Positions 10,085 through 24,670 are shown, counted from the stretch's first letter. The stretch: 64,000 bases of DNA from Octopus sinensis (GCF_006345805.1 NC_042998.1:97464001-97528000), one strand, 5' to 3'. Notes: generated by a model not told the origin, from the letters alone. Numbers and translations: made by a program.

Positions 10085-10298
10085 CGGGAAGCTTTATGAA
10101 AATAGACAAAAGACGAAGGCAGGTGGAAAACAAACGAACAATTGTATTAGTATGGCGCTCAGGAAATATAAATAAAACAAGTCTTTAACGTTTCGAGCCT
10201 ACGCTCTTCAACAGAAAGATACACAGAGAGAAAAAAAACACAGAAAGAAGGAGAGAAAAAAATGCGTGCAGTAGCTAACGAATCAACATGGCGATCTG
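9918..10298 (-). mobile_element. Two tandem Penelope-like pLTR-type fragments, each with a minimal hammerhead-like motif
   Basis: Both carry minus-strand CTTTCTGTTGAAGAG..CTCGAAA(C/T)GT(T/A)AAAG, separated by (TA)n. Penelope assignment is inferred from the ribozyme architecture. Confidence 0.5.
10182..10219 (-). ncRNA. Minimal type I hammerhead-ribozyme-like motif (A6U core variant)
   Basis: Minus strand TCTTT-CTGTTGA-A-GAGC[GTAG]GCTC-GAA-ACGT-T-AAAGA: stem I, core, stem II, palindromic helix III, NUH triplet. A second copy lies at 9986-10024. Confidence 0.5.
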
Positions 10299-11046
10299 GA
10301 TGTATATATATATATATATATGACAACACTTCATCAGTTTCTGTCTTCCAAAGCTACATGCAAGACTTTGGTTGGCTTGAGGCTATAGTAGAAGATATTT
10401 GCCTAAGGTACCATGCAGTAGGACTGATCTCAGAACCATGTGATTGTGAAGCAAACTATTTAACAACATAGACATTCACATGTCTATTTTGTATGTAGAA
10501 ATATTCATATTGTCTGCTGAGTTTATCAATTGTTTGTCCCTCAACAAAAAAAAAAGATTGCTTAGATAATAAAAACAGAAATTAGCTATGATTACATTCA
10601 CAACAGCAGTAGACTAAAACAATGCAGAAACATTTTGGTGGGAAATTGCGGCCAGTTCATGGTTAACATTTTTTTTAACAAGCATTAACCATTTTTCATT
10701 GAAGACTAAACTGCCTTGACACAACCAAATTTCCTTTGTATATTGTTTTGTAGATTTAGAAGTGATAAAGAATTGAGAATGGTAATTCTTTAAGAGAAAA
10801 TAGAAACCGAGAAAGCATTTGTAAATGAGAAAAAGATATGGAAGATTGGGAACATAAATGATAATTTAAACAGAAAGACATTGACTCACTTCTGCTTTTT
10901 TAATAAACACAAGCATGGCTGTGTGGCTAAGAAGTTCATTTCATAAGCACATAGTTTCAGATTCGATCCCAATGTGGGCAACTTTGAGCAAGTGTCTTCT
11001 AATATAGCCCCAGGTCAACTAATGTTTTGAGAGTGAATTATATGTG

Positions 11047-11485
11047 TAGGTGCAGGCATGGTAGTGTGGTAAGCAATTTTCTTCTTAACCACATGGTTCC
11101 ATGTTCAGTCCTACTACATGGCATTTTAGGCAAATGTCTTCTATTATAGTGTCAGGCCAACTGAAGCCTTGTGAGCAGTTTTCGTTGATGGAAACTGAAA
11201 GAAGACCTTTGTGTGTATGTGCATATATATATATATATATATATACATACGTGCATGTGTGTGTTTGTCTTTGTCCCCACCCTCCATCATGGCTCAACAA
11301 CTAGTGTTGGTTTGTTTACATCCCCATAACTTAGTGGTTTGGCAAAAGAGACTGCTAGAATAAACACCCAGCTTAAAAAACATAAGCATTGGGGTCGATT
11401 TGTCTGAGTAAATCCTTCAAGGAAGTGCCCCAGCATGACCATAGTCCAATGACTAAAACAAATAAAAGATAAAAAAAGATAAAAT
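11047..11485 (+). mobile_element. tRNA-derived SINE family A, full length
   Basis: A-box-like TGGTAGTGTGG, B-box-like GTTCAGTCC, CORE-like GGCAAATGTCTTC, internal (TA)/(TG)n, AAAAGAT tail. Confidence 0.8.
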
Positions 11486-11790
11486 ATTACTCCCAAACTA
11501 GAATTTGGTGATTATATGCCTCAAGTTTTGAAATGAATCACTTCTAATAAGAATGGAATCATTCTTTTAGTTGTTGTTCCTATTGTTTCTGTTTTGTGAA
11601 GCTGAACAGATGAGGTTAACAGTCTCAAGAACTATTCCATTTAATGAAGAACTGGTTAGTTTGACTAAGGTGAAGGCCAAATCAATATTACATGTTACAG
11701 TGAAAACTAAGCATGTGATGATGACTATAGTTGATGTGACATGTAGAAAACAGTAAAATCATGACATTTGCCCTCCACACACACACACAT

Positions 11791-11842
<52 letters not shown>

Positions 11843-11904
11843 ACACACACACAATATGTGATAGCATCATAAAGGTTTTTATAATTTTTATTTGCTGGAT
11901 CTGG

Positions 11905-12230
11905 AGGAAAAGGCAAGGATCTTCTAGACAGGTGAGATTGGTGCCGTTAATGTTTCTCTTGAACCTTTGTATGCAAATACTGGCAAAGAAAACATGAGCA
12001 GGGAGGGAACTCCAGAGGGATGACATTTTGGGGAAGAAGGACTGGACATAGTGATTAATATAGGGCCTATGGGTTGGATACAACAAAAGTGAAGGACAAA
12101 GAAGAGACAAACAGGAGTTCAGATGATATGAGCCCAACCTTCTCAGGAACAACAACCATTGTGGTAGCAGTAGAAGAGGCAGATAGAAGAAATGATATGC
12201 CCATGAGAAAGAGGTTGGGACATGTGTGTA
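11905..12230 (-). pseudogene. LINE (CR1/Jockey-group) ORF2 C-terminal fragment
   Basis: Translation RPYINHYVQSFFPKMSSLWSSLPAHVF...FKRNIN resembles the SFFPRTxxLWNxLP end of ORF2. Confidence 0.55.
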
Positions 12231-13539
12231 AGTGATTTTAGCTCTTTAGCATTTAATCTGGCCATATCCAACCCAAAATGTTCTATCTATTTTATGTTAA
12301 AACTGTGACCAGATCCAACCTCTTACACCTACCCTTCAATATCATTCTAAAAATATACACACAAACCATTGAAATCTTGAAGCTACAAGATAATGCATTA
12401 TTAATTCATAATAAAGCCATTACATTTGACAAAGAAATCTGAATGTAGGAAGCAAGGTCTAGAGGTCAATAGGACCCAGTATAAGGATTTGTCTAAGGGT
12501 CTATAATACTGTTAAAACAGCCCTGTCTGGGAATAATATGGCATTGAGGGCTTTAGTTAAGTTTTATCAATAATTTTGGAGTCTGAAGAATCTTCAGGCC
12601 CTAAAGAAGATAGATGTTGTTGTTATTTAACCCCAGGTCAGCTCTAATTGAGAAGACCTATGATTAAAGGAAGGCATTCCAGCCATGACCATTTGATTTT
12701 TTTTTTAGGGATATGAGGGGCTCCATTATACTTTCTTTCTATATTTAAGATGGTTGAGTGGGTTTTGTGAGATATTTTGCTGCTATTTTTATTAGGTAGA
12801 ATGACCATTTTGGAGCTCCCTAAAAAACCTGGTACAGTAATTTTTTTAGATCACATAAAAGGGTTTTTTACTATTATCTTTCTATTTCACACAACATTAC
12901 ACATACAATACTAAAGAATAAATCAGAAAGGCTAAATACTTCCTGTGTGGAGTCAGTCATTGTGGCTTTGTAGCTCAATAACCAAAAGTAAAAGGGAGAG
13001 AGAGAGAATAAGAATACAGTCTAAAAGATGAATGGCAGAAGATGCACCATTCTTGAATTCTACCATTGCCTTTGTACTAGACTGGATATGCTTCACCTAA
13101 TTTTATAAGATATCACAGCTGCCACTATCCTCTGATTTCCTACTTTTTCTGCTTGGGAAATCTTCACTACCCTAGAGGTTTCTAAATACCCGCAAAGAAA
13201 AATAAAATCATAGCACATCAGTAAGAAGAGTAACTTCTTTGGAAGTGAAAGCATCTAATTCTTAGTCCTTTTCCAGTTTCATATTTGACAAAGATGAGAT
13301 AAGCACATTCTAACCAGATGGATTTTCTGCTTTTTGTATTAACCTATTATTATAACTTAAGGTGGAGTCAAAAAAACATTTAATTTTTTCTTGTTCTGTT
13401 GGTTGTTTGTATTATATTTTTACTTGTAAAACTAAAATGTTTGTTTATATATCTTGTTGTAACATTTTCAAAATAAACAGTTATACAGGGATGTGAGGGA
13501 GCAGGAAGTGGAGAGATAGTCATTTAAGAATTTATGAGA

Positions 13540-13780
13540 TGAGTCAATAGAAAAGATAATACATTTTACTCAGCATTTTCTGGAGTGTGATGCTCCAAAC
13601 TGCATGGAAATGTTGAAGATTGAGAGGTAAGGTGGTTAATAGTATGAACAGGTGTATTGAACTCATAGATCACAGACTGACCTTGAATGAATTGGAGAAT
13701 GCTGTGAAAATATCCATTGGATCAGTCACCTGAATAATATCTTGCTTTGCCAGAATGTAGAGCACACAGAGATTGTTTGT
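13540..13780 (+). pseudogene. Highly degenerate mariner N-terminal fragment
   Basis: IELIDHRLTLNELENAVKISIGSV resembles the mariner second HTH; short, with stops. Confidence 0.3.
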
Positions 13781-15160
13781 AAATCAGTATACAACATTAG
13801 GAGATATACAGCTAAAGCTTTTGTTGATATAATAATGGAATAAAGGGCCAGTGATTGTTGTGGTATGTATAGTGAATGCACATGAAGATGTCTGGTGGAG
13901 TGTGGATGGAGGTTGGGGAATTTCTAACCAAAAGAGTGTGAATATTTTTATCTTCTTTGAAGAAGAGAGATGGTACTGTAAAGATTGGAACCGTTATGAG
14001 GTCAGAAAGTAGAAAATGAAAATTAAGAGGAGTAAGCACTTTAATTTTGGAAGATAAAAGTTTGGGATGTGATTTTGTAGGTATGCATGTTGATGGTAGG
14101 AGAGTATGAGATATGATTCATAGTTTGAACTCTGAGGAGTGCAGTATTTCTTCTTTAGTTTAAAGTGCATTATGTTCAGTCAAAGAAAAGATGTCATATC
14201 TCTTCATACTTGGAGTTGAAGTCCAAATCAGTGCTGCAAAACTGCAAAGTCACAGAAATTTTGAGATAGCAGATGGGAATGGGGTTCAGAGAAAGAATAG
14301 TAGAGATAGTTTCAGTTGGGACCTAGTAACAGAAAATAGCAGATATAATTTAGGGGCTGGTAGTTGGGAAAATAGCAACACTTCTGAAGTAGGGGCAGAC
14401 ATAAATAACCCCAGATTGTTTCTTTGACATCAAAAAGTAAAGCATAAATTTTAAAGCATGAAAGCTTAAAAGACAATCAATTGGTTTCTCAAGTAGTGGA
14501 AGTTCTCCATGGCCATGAAGCCATATTACTTTCTGTTCAGATTCAAGAATTTCTAAAACAATTTAATCCACCAGCACTATTTGAAAATGTTTCCAATTTG
14601 TCACAAGCCATCCAGGCATGGAAGTGTGATTTAAAAAAAAAATATCGTTTTTTATTCAAGGGGGAAGGCAGCGCCTCCAAGTTTGGTAAAGTAGAGTGAG
14701 CTTTACTAAAGGCACCAGACATATCTTTAATCAGGTGTTAAACTGGGTGAAAGACTAGATCTACCACCTGCCATGGAGAAATTTTAACTTAGCACACAAA
14801 GAGCTGGAACAAACACTACAAAGTACCTGGCCCATTGTTCTTGTCTTGTTTTGATAATCCCTCATTGTGGATTGATACTTTTTATCAGCATCAAAAGGAT
14901 AAAAGACAAAAATTACACTGGTGGAATTTGAACTCAGAAAATAAAAGTCAAAGCAAATTCTAGAAGGCTTTCTATCCTAGGCTCTAATGCAGTGGTTCTC
15001 AACCCTTTTTTACCTATGGACCCCTTTGGTTCATATTTTACATAGATGGACCCTCATAGCCATATGATGTTTAGAGATACCTTAATGCATATTTATGATT
15101 AAATATTATTAGGAATAGCACCCACACACACATACATACATGTGTGTATACATACATGCG

Positions 15161-15194
<34 letters not shown>

Positions 15195-15234
15195 TTTAAA
15201 AAAGGAGATGTGGAACACGAGTTGTGATATATAA

Positions 15235-15920
<686 letters not shown>

Positions 15921-15960
15921 AATAGTTGTTGACTCCTGTGTGTGTATATATATATGCATG

Positions 15961-16009
<49 letters not shown>

Positions 16010-16010
16010 A

Positions 16011-16044
<34 letters not shown>

Positions 16045-17292
16045 CAGGGTGCATATAAGGTATTTGAGGACATACCTTTTTGGGGTCATTGCTGCATTTT
16101 TTTTGTTAACTCTGTATAATCTTTGTTTCAGTAAATAATAACGGCAGACCCTCAGCTTACTCAAGAAATGAAGAGGCATGCTGTTATTGTGGTTATAAAG
16201 GTTGAGCATAGCAATTTAGAAATATCTTGATTTTTAAAAGTTGCCAGATATTTCATCTACAAAGTTTGTAAGGAGCTACAGATTTAAGATGGAAACATAT
16301 CACCAGCTTAAAAAGCATTCTAAATGCTCTGAAATCATTAGAACACCTAATTTTATCCAACAAATTCAACAGACCATTGATTACAATCTCAGAAAGTCCA
16401 TGAGGTCAATTGCAAAAGATCTCCATGTGTCAGAAGGAACAGTCAGAAATGTCCACGAAGACATCAGGTCTTATATGATGAGGAAAGGTTGATTTGTCCG
16501 AAAAAGCAAAAGAAGATTGCTACATCAGATCTAAAAAAATCTTAAACAAACTGAAAAATCCAGCAGAAGAATATTTGACTTGATTTTTTACAGATGAGTA
16601 AAACTTTGACCAAGATCAAAAAGTTAACAGTAGAAATGGCAGATGTTTATGTGCAGACCCTTCTGAAGTTCCAAGTGTTATGCATGCAAAATTTCCTGCA
16701 ACTCTCATGGTTTTGGGGGTTGTCAGCAATGAAGGACATGTGATGCCTCCCTGCTTCATTCCACAGGGCCTTAGAGTTAACACTGCTGCCTACATTGAGG
16801 TCCTGGAAATAATTGTTAAGCCTTGGATAGACAGTGTTTGCAATGGAAGGCCATATGTGTTTCAGTAAGACTCTGCACTATCACACATGGCTCTAGTAAC
16901 ATAGGAATGGCTGGCTGAAAATTTTCATGCTTACATAACCCCTAAACTTTGGCCTCCTAATTCCCCAGATCTCAACCCATTGGACTATTTCATGTGAAGC
17001 ATTGTTGAGAGAGAGGTCAATGAACATGCCCATAACACCGAAGATTCTTTGAAAGCTGCCATAGTCAGAGTAATGTCCAAAATGAACCAGGACCACTTGA
17101 TTCAAGTATGTAGAAAATTTAGATCTCATATAGAAGCAGTTGTTGAAACTGAAGGTAGCTTTATTGAATAACATAATAGAAAAAAAAGGTTTATTTTTAA
17201 CCTCATAGCAATTTTTGATAAATAAAGTTATCTGTTATCATATATGTTTTTATAAACATAAATCTGTCCTCAAATATCTTATATACCATGTG
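16045..17292 (+). mobile_element. maT (DD37D) Tc1/mariner element, full length (1248 bp), transposase inactivated
   Basis: TIRs 16045-16072 / 17265-17292 (shared ATATAAG.TATTTGAGGACA) flanked by TA within (TA)n. Motifs MVLGVVSNEG and FQ*D...WPPNSPDLNPLDY; D codons at 16869 and 16983 give 37 intervening residues. Confidence 0.9.
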
Positions 17293-20200
17293 TATATATA
17301 TATATATAATATTTATATAAACATATTTATATTATCTATATATATTTGTACATAATTTTGCATTATGTAATTTTCTGTATATTTGTGATTAATGGGGCCA
17401 TTTCTGTATTTGCTGTTTAGAATTGGCTACATTTTTACTTCCTTTTATCTATGTGTCAAAAGAGAGAAACGAATTATCATTCTTATCATTTGGTGGGTAG
17501 TGGCAGTGGTGGTAATGGTGGTGGTGGTGGTGGTCGTCGTCGTCGTTGTCGTCGTCGTCAGCTTTGTCATGGTGGTTGTTATGGGAACCATGGAGTATAA
17601 ACAGTAAGTTCCAGACAAATTCAGTGCAATATAATTCTTCTGTCTGAAGTATTTCTCCTTTATCTTGCAAGCGTTCTTAAAAGAAGACCTTACTATCAAA
17701 ATTACATGCCTAATTACAATTTCTAAATCTAATTATAAATAATATTCTATTTAAGAATGACATATAATTAACTTTACACATTAAATCTAGAATTTCCTAA
17801 TTTCCTAATTCTAGATTGATTCATTCAGTTCATTATTTCTTGGTTTTGAGATTTTAGAATAAGATGTCATCATCATCATCATCATCACCACCACCACTAC
17901 CACCACCACCACCAACACATCCAACTTAATCAGCTTATTGAAGCTGATGTAATCAGTTTCAAAGCAGGTGATACTGGGGTTGTTTTTGTCTGAACACACT
18001 TATATACACTTATATTCTCCCATCTATTCTGCCTCAGGATCTACACAAGTTCTTCTCTAGGCATATAACCATCATCCTTTAATATGTACTTTTCCATGCT
18101 TCCATGGGTCAGATGGAACGTGATATTTTCCAAGCAAGTTAATGTTTTCCCATAACCAGACATGTTTTGCATGAAAGACTGAAAATAATATTACTTGTAT
18201 GACAGTGAACCTTGTTTACAACCACCATGTGATGTCTAGAGAAGGGTACACAGAAATGCATACATACACATGCATATGTCATATGCATGCATATACATAC
18301 ACACACATACATACATACATGCATACATACATACATGCATACATACATACATACATACATACATACATACATACATACATACATACACCAATAATAATTT
18401 GAACACTAGGAGAATCTGGATAAACTGGGATTTTCAGAAAGAGAAATCGATCGGCTAATTTGTACATTAATCTCTCTGCATAAATCTCTCCGGGAGATTT
18501 AGAAATGTATTATTTCTATTTTCAAACTTCTTCCAGTTTCCATCTACCAAATCCATCTACCAACAAGACTTTGGTTGGCCCAAGTTGCTGTGCAGGAGTA
18601 CTGCACCTAAGGCCACCTGTTTGGGAAGCAAAATTCTTAATCACTTAGCCATCTCTGTCCCTCTACAGGATATTTTCCTCAAATATATATTGTGACACAT
18701 TTTCAGCTTATAGTGTTGTTCCTGATAACGTGTCCAGGTATCAGAGCTTGAAGGGACAATGGAACTGAACCTGAGACCAAATGGTTGCAAAGAAGCTTTT
18801 TAACCACATGGCCATAGCAGTACCACAAACACAGATGCTGAAAGTTTCAAATTTGCTGTTTTCAAAATAAGAAAACAGTGCAAAATGCAAGGCACTAAGA
18901 CATCAATAATTACTATAAATCTCTTGATTCTTGGATTCACAAATAAATAAATAAATAAATAATTTAATTCTTTTTTTCTTGCAACCTGAATAGCATGTTG
19001 TGGGCTTTTAAAACCTGATGGAACCCATTCACACAATGCATCTGAACATAACCATTTCTTTTCTAGAGAGAAATAGTGCAAGCACATGACTAACAATTTC
19101 ACAGAGAGATGGTTGTTAAATACCAAAGAACCAAGTTCTATAGCTTGTTTGGGTATCAGACAAAAATACAAACACAATACAGTGGATAAAACATAGAAAG
19201 ACAGAAAAGTGAATAGTAAAAAACTATAAATAGAAAGAGGTGTAGAGACGCATCAGAACTAGTGTTGGTGAATTTCAGGAAGCATGGAATTTTTGAAGGA
19301 CACAAAGATGTTAATTTTGCTTCTAAAAATATTTCAGCATTTTTTACAGTAGAAATTTTGACAACAATCCTTGTTTAAATTCTTCCTCAATGATAATTTA
19401 AGTTGGGATGTTTGAAATATATTGCTTCTGTCATTGTTGCTTTTATTTTATTTTATAATTTATTTATATTTCATTTTATATGTATTATAATTACTTTATT
19501 TGATTTATTTATTTTTTTTTAGATTAATTTGATTTTGGCGCAATGTGTTATAAATATACTTCTACTTCATTACTTAGCAAAATAAATACAGTAAGAATGT
19601 TTAGAAAGTTGAACTAATTAAAAATAAACATCTATTTTTATGTGTTTTCATTAATTTTCAATATAATTCCTTTACTTTTTCAATATCTATCTAATAGCAT
19701 GAATTCAAATCTACCATTTTGATTTTCTAAGTACAACAGTTTATTTAAAGCTGATAGAAATTGCAAACTTTTGTTTTTCTAACAACGTTAGTCTCCATTA
19801 AACAATGAATGGAAACTGATACTCTGGCAGAATTGACAAGAAACATTTTTTGTGGTTCATTTTAGCATTTCACCAGCTTATCTTCCGCCCTGTTTCACAT
19901 TCTTATCTAATGTAAGCTTTATTTTAAGTTTCTCAGTTTTCACACTGCACTGAAGAAAGCAGATTATCTGATATTGTAGAAAGAATCTTAGCTTCAAATA
20001 TCCATAAAAAGACAGTGAGATCGTTTTAGAAAATAATTTTTAATAGAAAGATGAGCAGTGAACAGGTGAAAGATTTCCTAGATAAGAGCCAAACGTTCTT
20101 CTTTATTAAAAGATGAAAGAAACAAGAAATACTGTTCATTTTGAAGATGATAAACATTATACATTTATCTTTGTTTTATCATAGTAGTTTGGTTCCAATG

Positions 20201-21126
20201 AAACACTGCATTAAATGAAACAGTGATAAATGAATAATAGAACACATAAGAAAAATAGGTTTCATTCCAAGACCCCCAAGGTATCCTGAGTATTGTGGAT
20301 GGTCACTGGAGTGTGCTTTTGTGGTCTAAGCAGAATCTTTGACTGATTGCTGACAGTGTTATCACAGATCAATTTGGGATAAGCATATGTAATGATTAAG
20401 TGTACAGAGTTATCCTGGATCAGTGATTAATGAATCAGTGATAAATAAGGATAAATCTATATTAATTACTTAAGGCCTCCATCAGTCAAGGTTGACTGTG
20501 TATCTGCAGGCCTGGGCAAAATTTCTTGATAAAGATCAGCATTTGGACTTGCAGGTAAATCTACTCTCTCTGCTCTTGCAATGTTTGTCCAAAGGAAAGG
20601 ATGCTGACTTGGGCTGATACAGTCTGGCACCAATGACATCACAAGTATTGCTCTCAGAATGTAAACAACCAGAACTGATACTTGGCATCAAATTGGCAGA
20701 GCAGTCAATCGATTGTTGGATAGAATGCGTTACAGTATTTGTTTCAGTTCTCTGCACTTAGTAAGTCCAAAGCTTACTGAGATCAACTTTTTTTCCCATC
20801 CTTTCAGGGTCAATAAAATATATTAATTGATGAATCATTTTAGCAGTGGAACTTGAAGTAGATAAAGCTATAAATAATAGCATTGGGTTAAAAAAAACCT
20901 TTGAGTGGAAAAGTCGATAACTGCTCATGATCTAAAAGGTGTCACCAAAACAATAACAGTAATAAATACAGATATGGAAATAAAAGTAAAAGGACAAATA
21001 AATAAATAAAAATAATCTCATGCCCACACACATCACCATTATCACACACAGATACCTCACCCTTACATACATACACACATACATAAGTACATGTATTCAT
21101 ACACACATATATATGTGTACACACGT

Positions 21127-21167
<41 letters not shown>

Positions 21168-21179
21168 TATTGATCAAAA

Positions 21180-21450
21180 ATCAAAAATCAGAATCAAAAG
21201 CAAATCAAGATCGAAATCAAAATGGAAATTGTAGTTGTAGCCAATGACAGTTCCACCTGATAGTCACCCGTGCTGGTGGCACATAATAAGCACCACTCAA
21301 GCGTGGGTCAATGCCAGTGCCAGATCAGATTAGAAACCTTGCCTGATCAGATTGGAGCCTGATGCACCCTACTGGCTTACCAGTCCCCCGTCAACTGTTC
21401 AACCCATGCCAGCATAGACAATGGACGTTAAACAATGACGATGATGATGA
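21180..21450 (+). mobile_element. RTE 3'-tail-derived short element
   Basis: GGTGGCAC...CAACCCATGCCAGCAT...GGACGTTAAAC(GAT)n, homologous to 8570-8784. Confidence 0.75.
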
Positions 21451-21457
21451 TATATAT

Positions 21458-21703
21458 CTCTTTTTCTTTTTACTCTTTTTATTTGTTTCTGTCATTTGAC
21501 TGCGGCCATGCTGGAGCACTGCCTTTAGTCGAGCAAATCGACCCCAGGACTTATCCTTTGTAAGCCTAGTATTTATTCTATCGGTCTCTTTTGCCGAACT
21601 GCTAAGTTACAGTGAAGTAAACACACCAGCATCAGTTGTCAAGCGATGTTGGGGGGGACAAACACAGGCACACAAACATACATATACACACACAAACACA
21701 CAC

Positions 21704-21734
<31 letters not shown>

Positions 21735-21900
21735 CGACAGGCTTCTTTCAGTTTCTGCCAACCAAATGCGCTCAGAAGGCTTTGGTTGGCCCGAGGCTAT
21801 AGTAGAAGACACTTGCCCAAGGTGCCATGCAGTGAGACTGAACCTAGAACCATGTGGTTGGTAAGCAAGCTACTTACCACACAGCCACTTCTATGCCTAT
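21458..21900 (-). mobile_element. tRNA-derived SINE family A, full length
   Basis: Minus-strand head GAAGTGGCTGTGTGGTAAGTAGC...GGTTCAGTCTCA, CCTTGGGCAAGTGTCTTC, internal microsatellite, AAAAGAGT tail. Confidence 0.85.
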
Positions 21901-21914
21901 TATATATATATATA

Positions 21915-21957
<43 letters not shown>

Positions 21958-21966
21958 CTATCTATC

Positions 21967-21998
<32 letters not shown>

Positions 21999-22507
21999 AT
22001 ATAAATATAAATGTATACAATGCACATATACATATATTTATAGCTTTTTAAACAGATTCATTAACATGCTGGGCAAAATGCTTAGTGACATTATGTTCTG
22101 AATTCAAATTCTGCTGAGGTCAACTTTGCTTTTCATCCTTTCAGAGTCAATGAAATTAGTACCAGCTGTGTCCCAGGGTTTATAGCTTTATCTCCTTCAA
22201 GTTCCAACATTAAAAATTATTTATTTCACATTGCCTGAGATTTCTAAATTCTTAGGATATAAGCAACAACAATTAATATTTAGTTTCACAAGTAAAAAAA
22301 GAAAATATTACAGACAGAAATTTTTTTTATTGTTTCCTTGACTCTGCTGTAAGTTATAATAGGTTGATACAGTACACAGAAAATCTAAAGAAAACCTAGA
22401 TATATTGATAGCAGGAATGGCTCCAGCCATAGAAAATCTGCCTCAATAAATTCCATCAGACCCATGCAAGAGTGAAAAAGGGGGCATTAAATGATGATGG
22501 TGAAATA

Positions 22508-22720
22508 TCTCTTTTATTCTCTTTTACTTGTTTCAGTCATTTGACTGTGGCCATACTGCAGCACCGCCTTTAGTCAAGCAAATCGACCCCTTATTCTTTG
22601 TAAGCCTAGTACTTATTCTATCAGTCTCTTTTGCCAAACCTCTAAGTTATGGCGACGTAAACACACCAGCATCGGTTGTCAAGCGATGTTGGGGGGATAA
22701 ACATAGACACACAAACATAT

Positions 22721-22775
<55 letters not shown>

Positions 22776-22943
22776 TACGACAGGCTTCTTTCAGTTTCCC
22801 TCTACCAAATTCACTCACAAGGCTTTGGTCGGCCCGAGACTATAGTAGAAGACACTTGCTCGAGGTGCCACATTGTGGGACTGAACTCGAAACCATGTGG
22901 TTCGTAAGCATGCTACTTACCACACAGCCACTCCTACGCCTAT
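22508..22943 (-). mobile_element. tRNA-derived SINE family A, full length
   Basis: Colinear with 21458-21900; head GGAGTGGCTGTGTGGTAAG, B-box GAGTTCAGTCCC. Confidence 0.85.
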
Positions 22944-23230
22944 CTGAGGAGAAATTATGTAGATTCTATAGCAGAATAGATGGAAGAATATGAGTTTTGT
23001 TTTGAAGAAACAAAAATAAAAACAAAAAAAAAACCAGTGTCACCTGGTTTGAAACTGATTACATAGGCTGGTAATTTTGCAGAACTAAGGCTTACATCAT
23101 CATATACAGATCTATAGAAAATATATCTGGTGAATGATCATTATTTACACTCCCATGGGATCTGTCTGTTTCACTAGAAAGACAGCATGGCATGTGTCTA
23201 GTGTGTTTTTCATGTCAAGCATATGTGAGC

Positions 23231-23261
<31 letters not shown>

Positions 23262-23262
23262 C

Positions 23263-23321
<59 letters not shown>

Positions 23322-23411
23322 ACAATCTATCTGTCTGTCTGTTTGTCTGTCTGTTTGTCTGTCTATGTATGTATGTATGTATCTATCTATCTATCTATCT
23401 GTCTATCTATT

Positions 23412-23489
<78 letters not shown>

Positions 23490-23490
23490 C
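23231..23490. repeat. (ATCT)n microsatellite
   Basis: Long ATCT/GTCT tract seen directly. Confidence 0.95.
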
Positions 23491-23569
23491 GTACATATGT
23501 GTGTATATATATATGTACATATGTATATATCCATGGAAGTATAAGTAGGTATGTAAGTATGTGGTTATT

Positions 23570-23637
<68 letters not shown>

Positions 23638-23678
23638 AGCATAAATGTATACAATGCACACACACACACATATATGTA

Positions 23679-23709
<31 letters not shown>

Positions 23710-24587
23710 ACAACACACATACATACACACATGAACATACATACAGTATACATGCATGCATATATACATGTATGTGTGTATGTATGTAAGGGTGTGGCAT
23801 CTGTGTGTGATAATGGTGATGTTTGTGGGCATTTGATTGTTTTTATTTATTTATTTATCCTTTTATTTTATTTCCATATCTGTATTTATTACCGTTATCT
23901 TTTTGGTGACGCCAACGTCGTTCGAAACACATTTAGCAGGGATTGATGTGGTGGGAGTGGGTATACACATATACGATGTATTACAACTGAATTACTTGCA
24001 TTACAGAGTACAAAGAATCTCAAGAAACATCGGTGAATATCATAAATAATGATGTGAATGGGGTATGTCCCATATACCGCAGTAAATTCTGGAATAAGTT
24101 AGACTAGCAGAAGTAGAAACTAGACAAAGCAGTGTTTTACTGAGACGGTGATATTGCTGATGTCATCATGTCTAGAAGTGAATTGGCAAGTATGTGTATA
24201 AAAGTTTTATGTGAGACCAAATTCAAGACTAATGTTATAAAAAAACAGCCTGTAGGTCTATGAAATCCTCCATCATCGTCGTCATCATTGTCATTGCCAT
24301 CATCATCATCATCATCATCATCAACATCTTTGTTTTAACATATACTTTTGCATGCTTATATGGGTCAGCTGAAAGTATGTTGGGGCAAAGTTTTCTATGG
24401 TTGGATGCCCTTTCTGTCACCAACCTTCAACTGTTTCCAAGCAAGATGATATTTCCTCATGGTTGGACATGGTTTTTGTGGAAGACTGGAAAGGAACAAC
24501 ACTCATTTAAAACCACTACATGATTTCAAGACAAGGTAGGACACAAACGCAAACACACACAGAGGCACAGACACACAGACATACACA

Positions 24588-24670
<83 letters not shown>

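Noticed and set aside
11047-11130. tRNA-like A/B boxes here and in the other SINE heads
   Set aside because: No complete cloverleaf; each continues into a shared SINE body, so these are not tRNA genes.
13800-14430. Possible LINE endonuclease remnant on the minus strand
   Set aside because: Composition is suggestive, but I could not read a diagnostic motif.
14990-15070. hAT-like terminus CAGTGGTTCTCAACC
   Set aside because: Only one end is present, with no partner TIR or TSD, so no element boundaries can be called.
17449-17700. Minus-strand QDKGEILQTEELY.. as a possible further hemicentin exon
   Set aside because: No credible donor or acceptor and no real match to the expected downstream hemicentin sequence.
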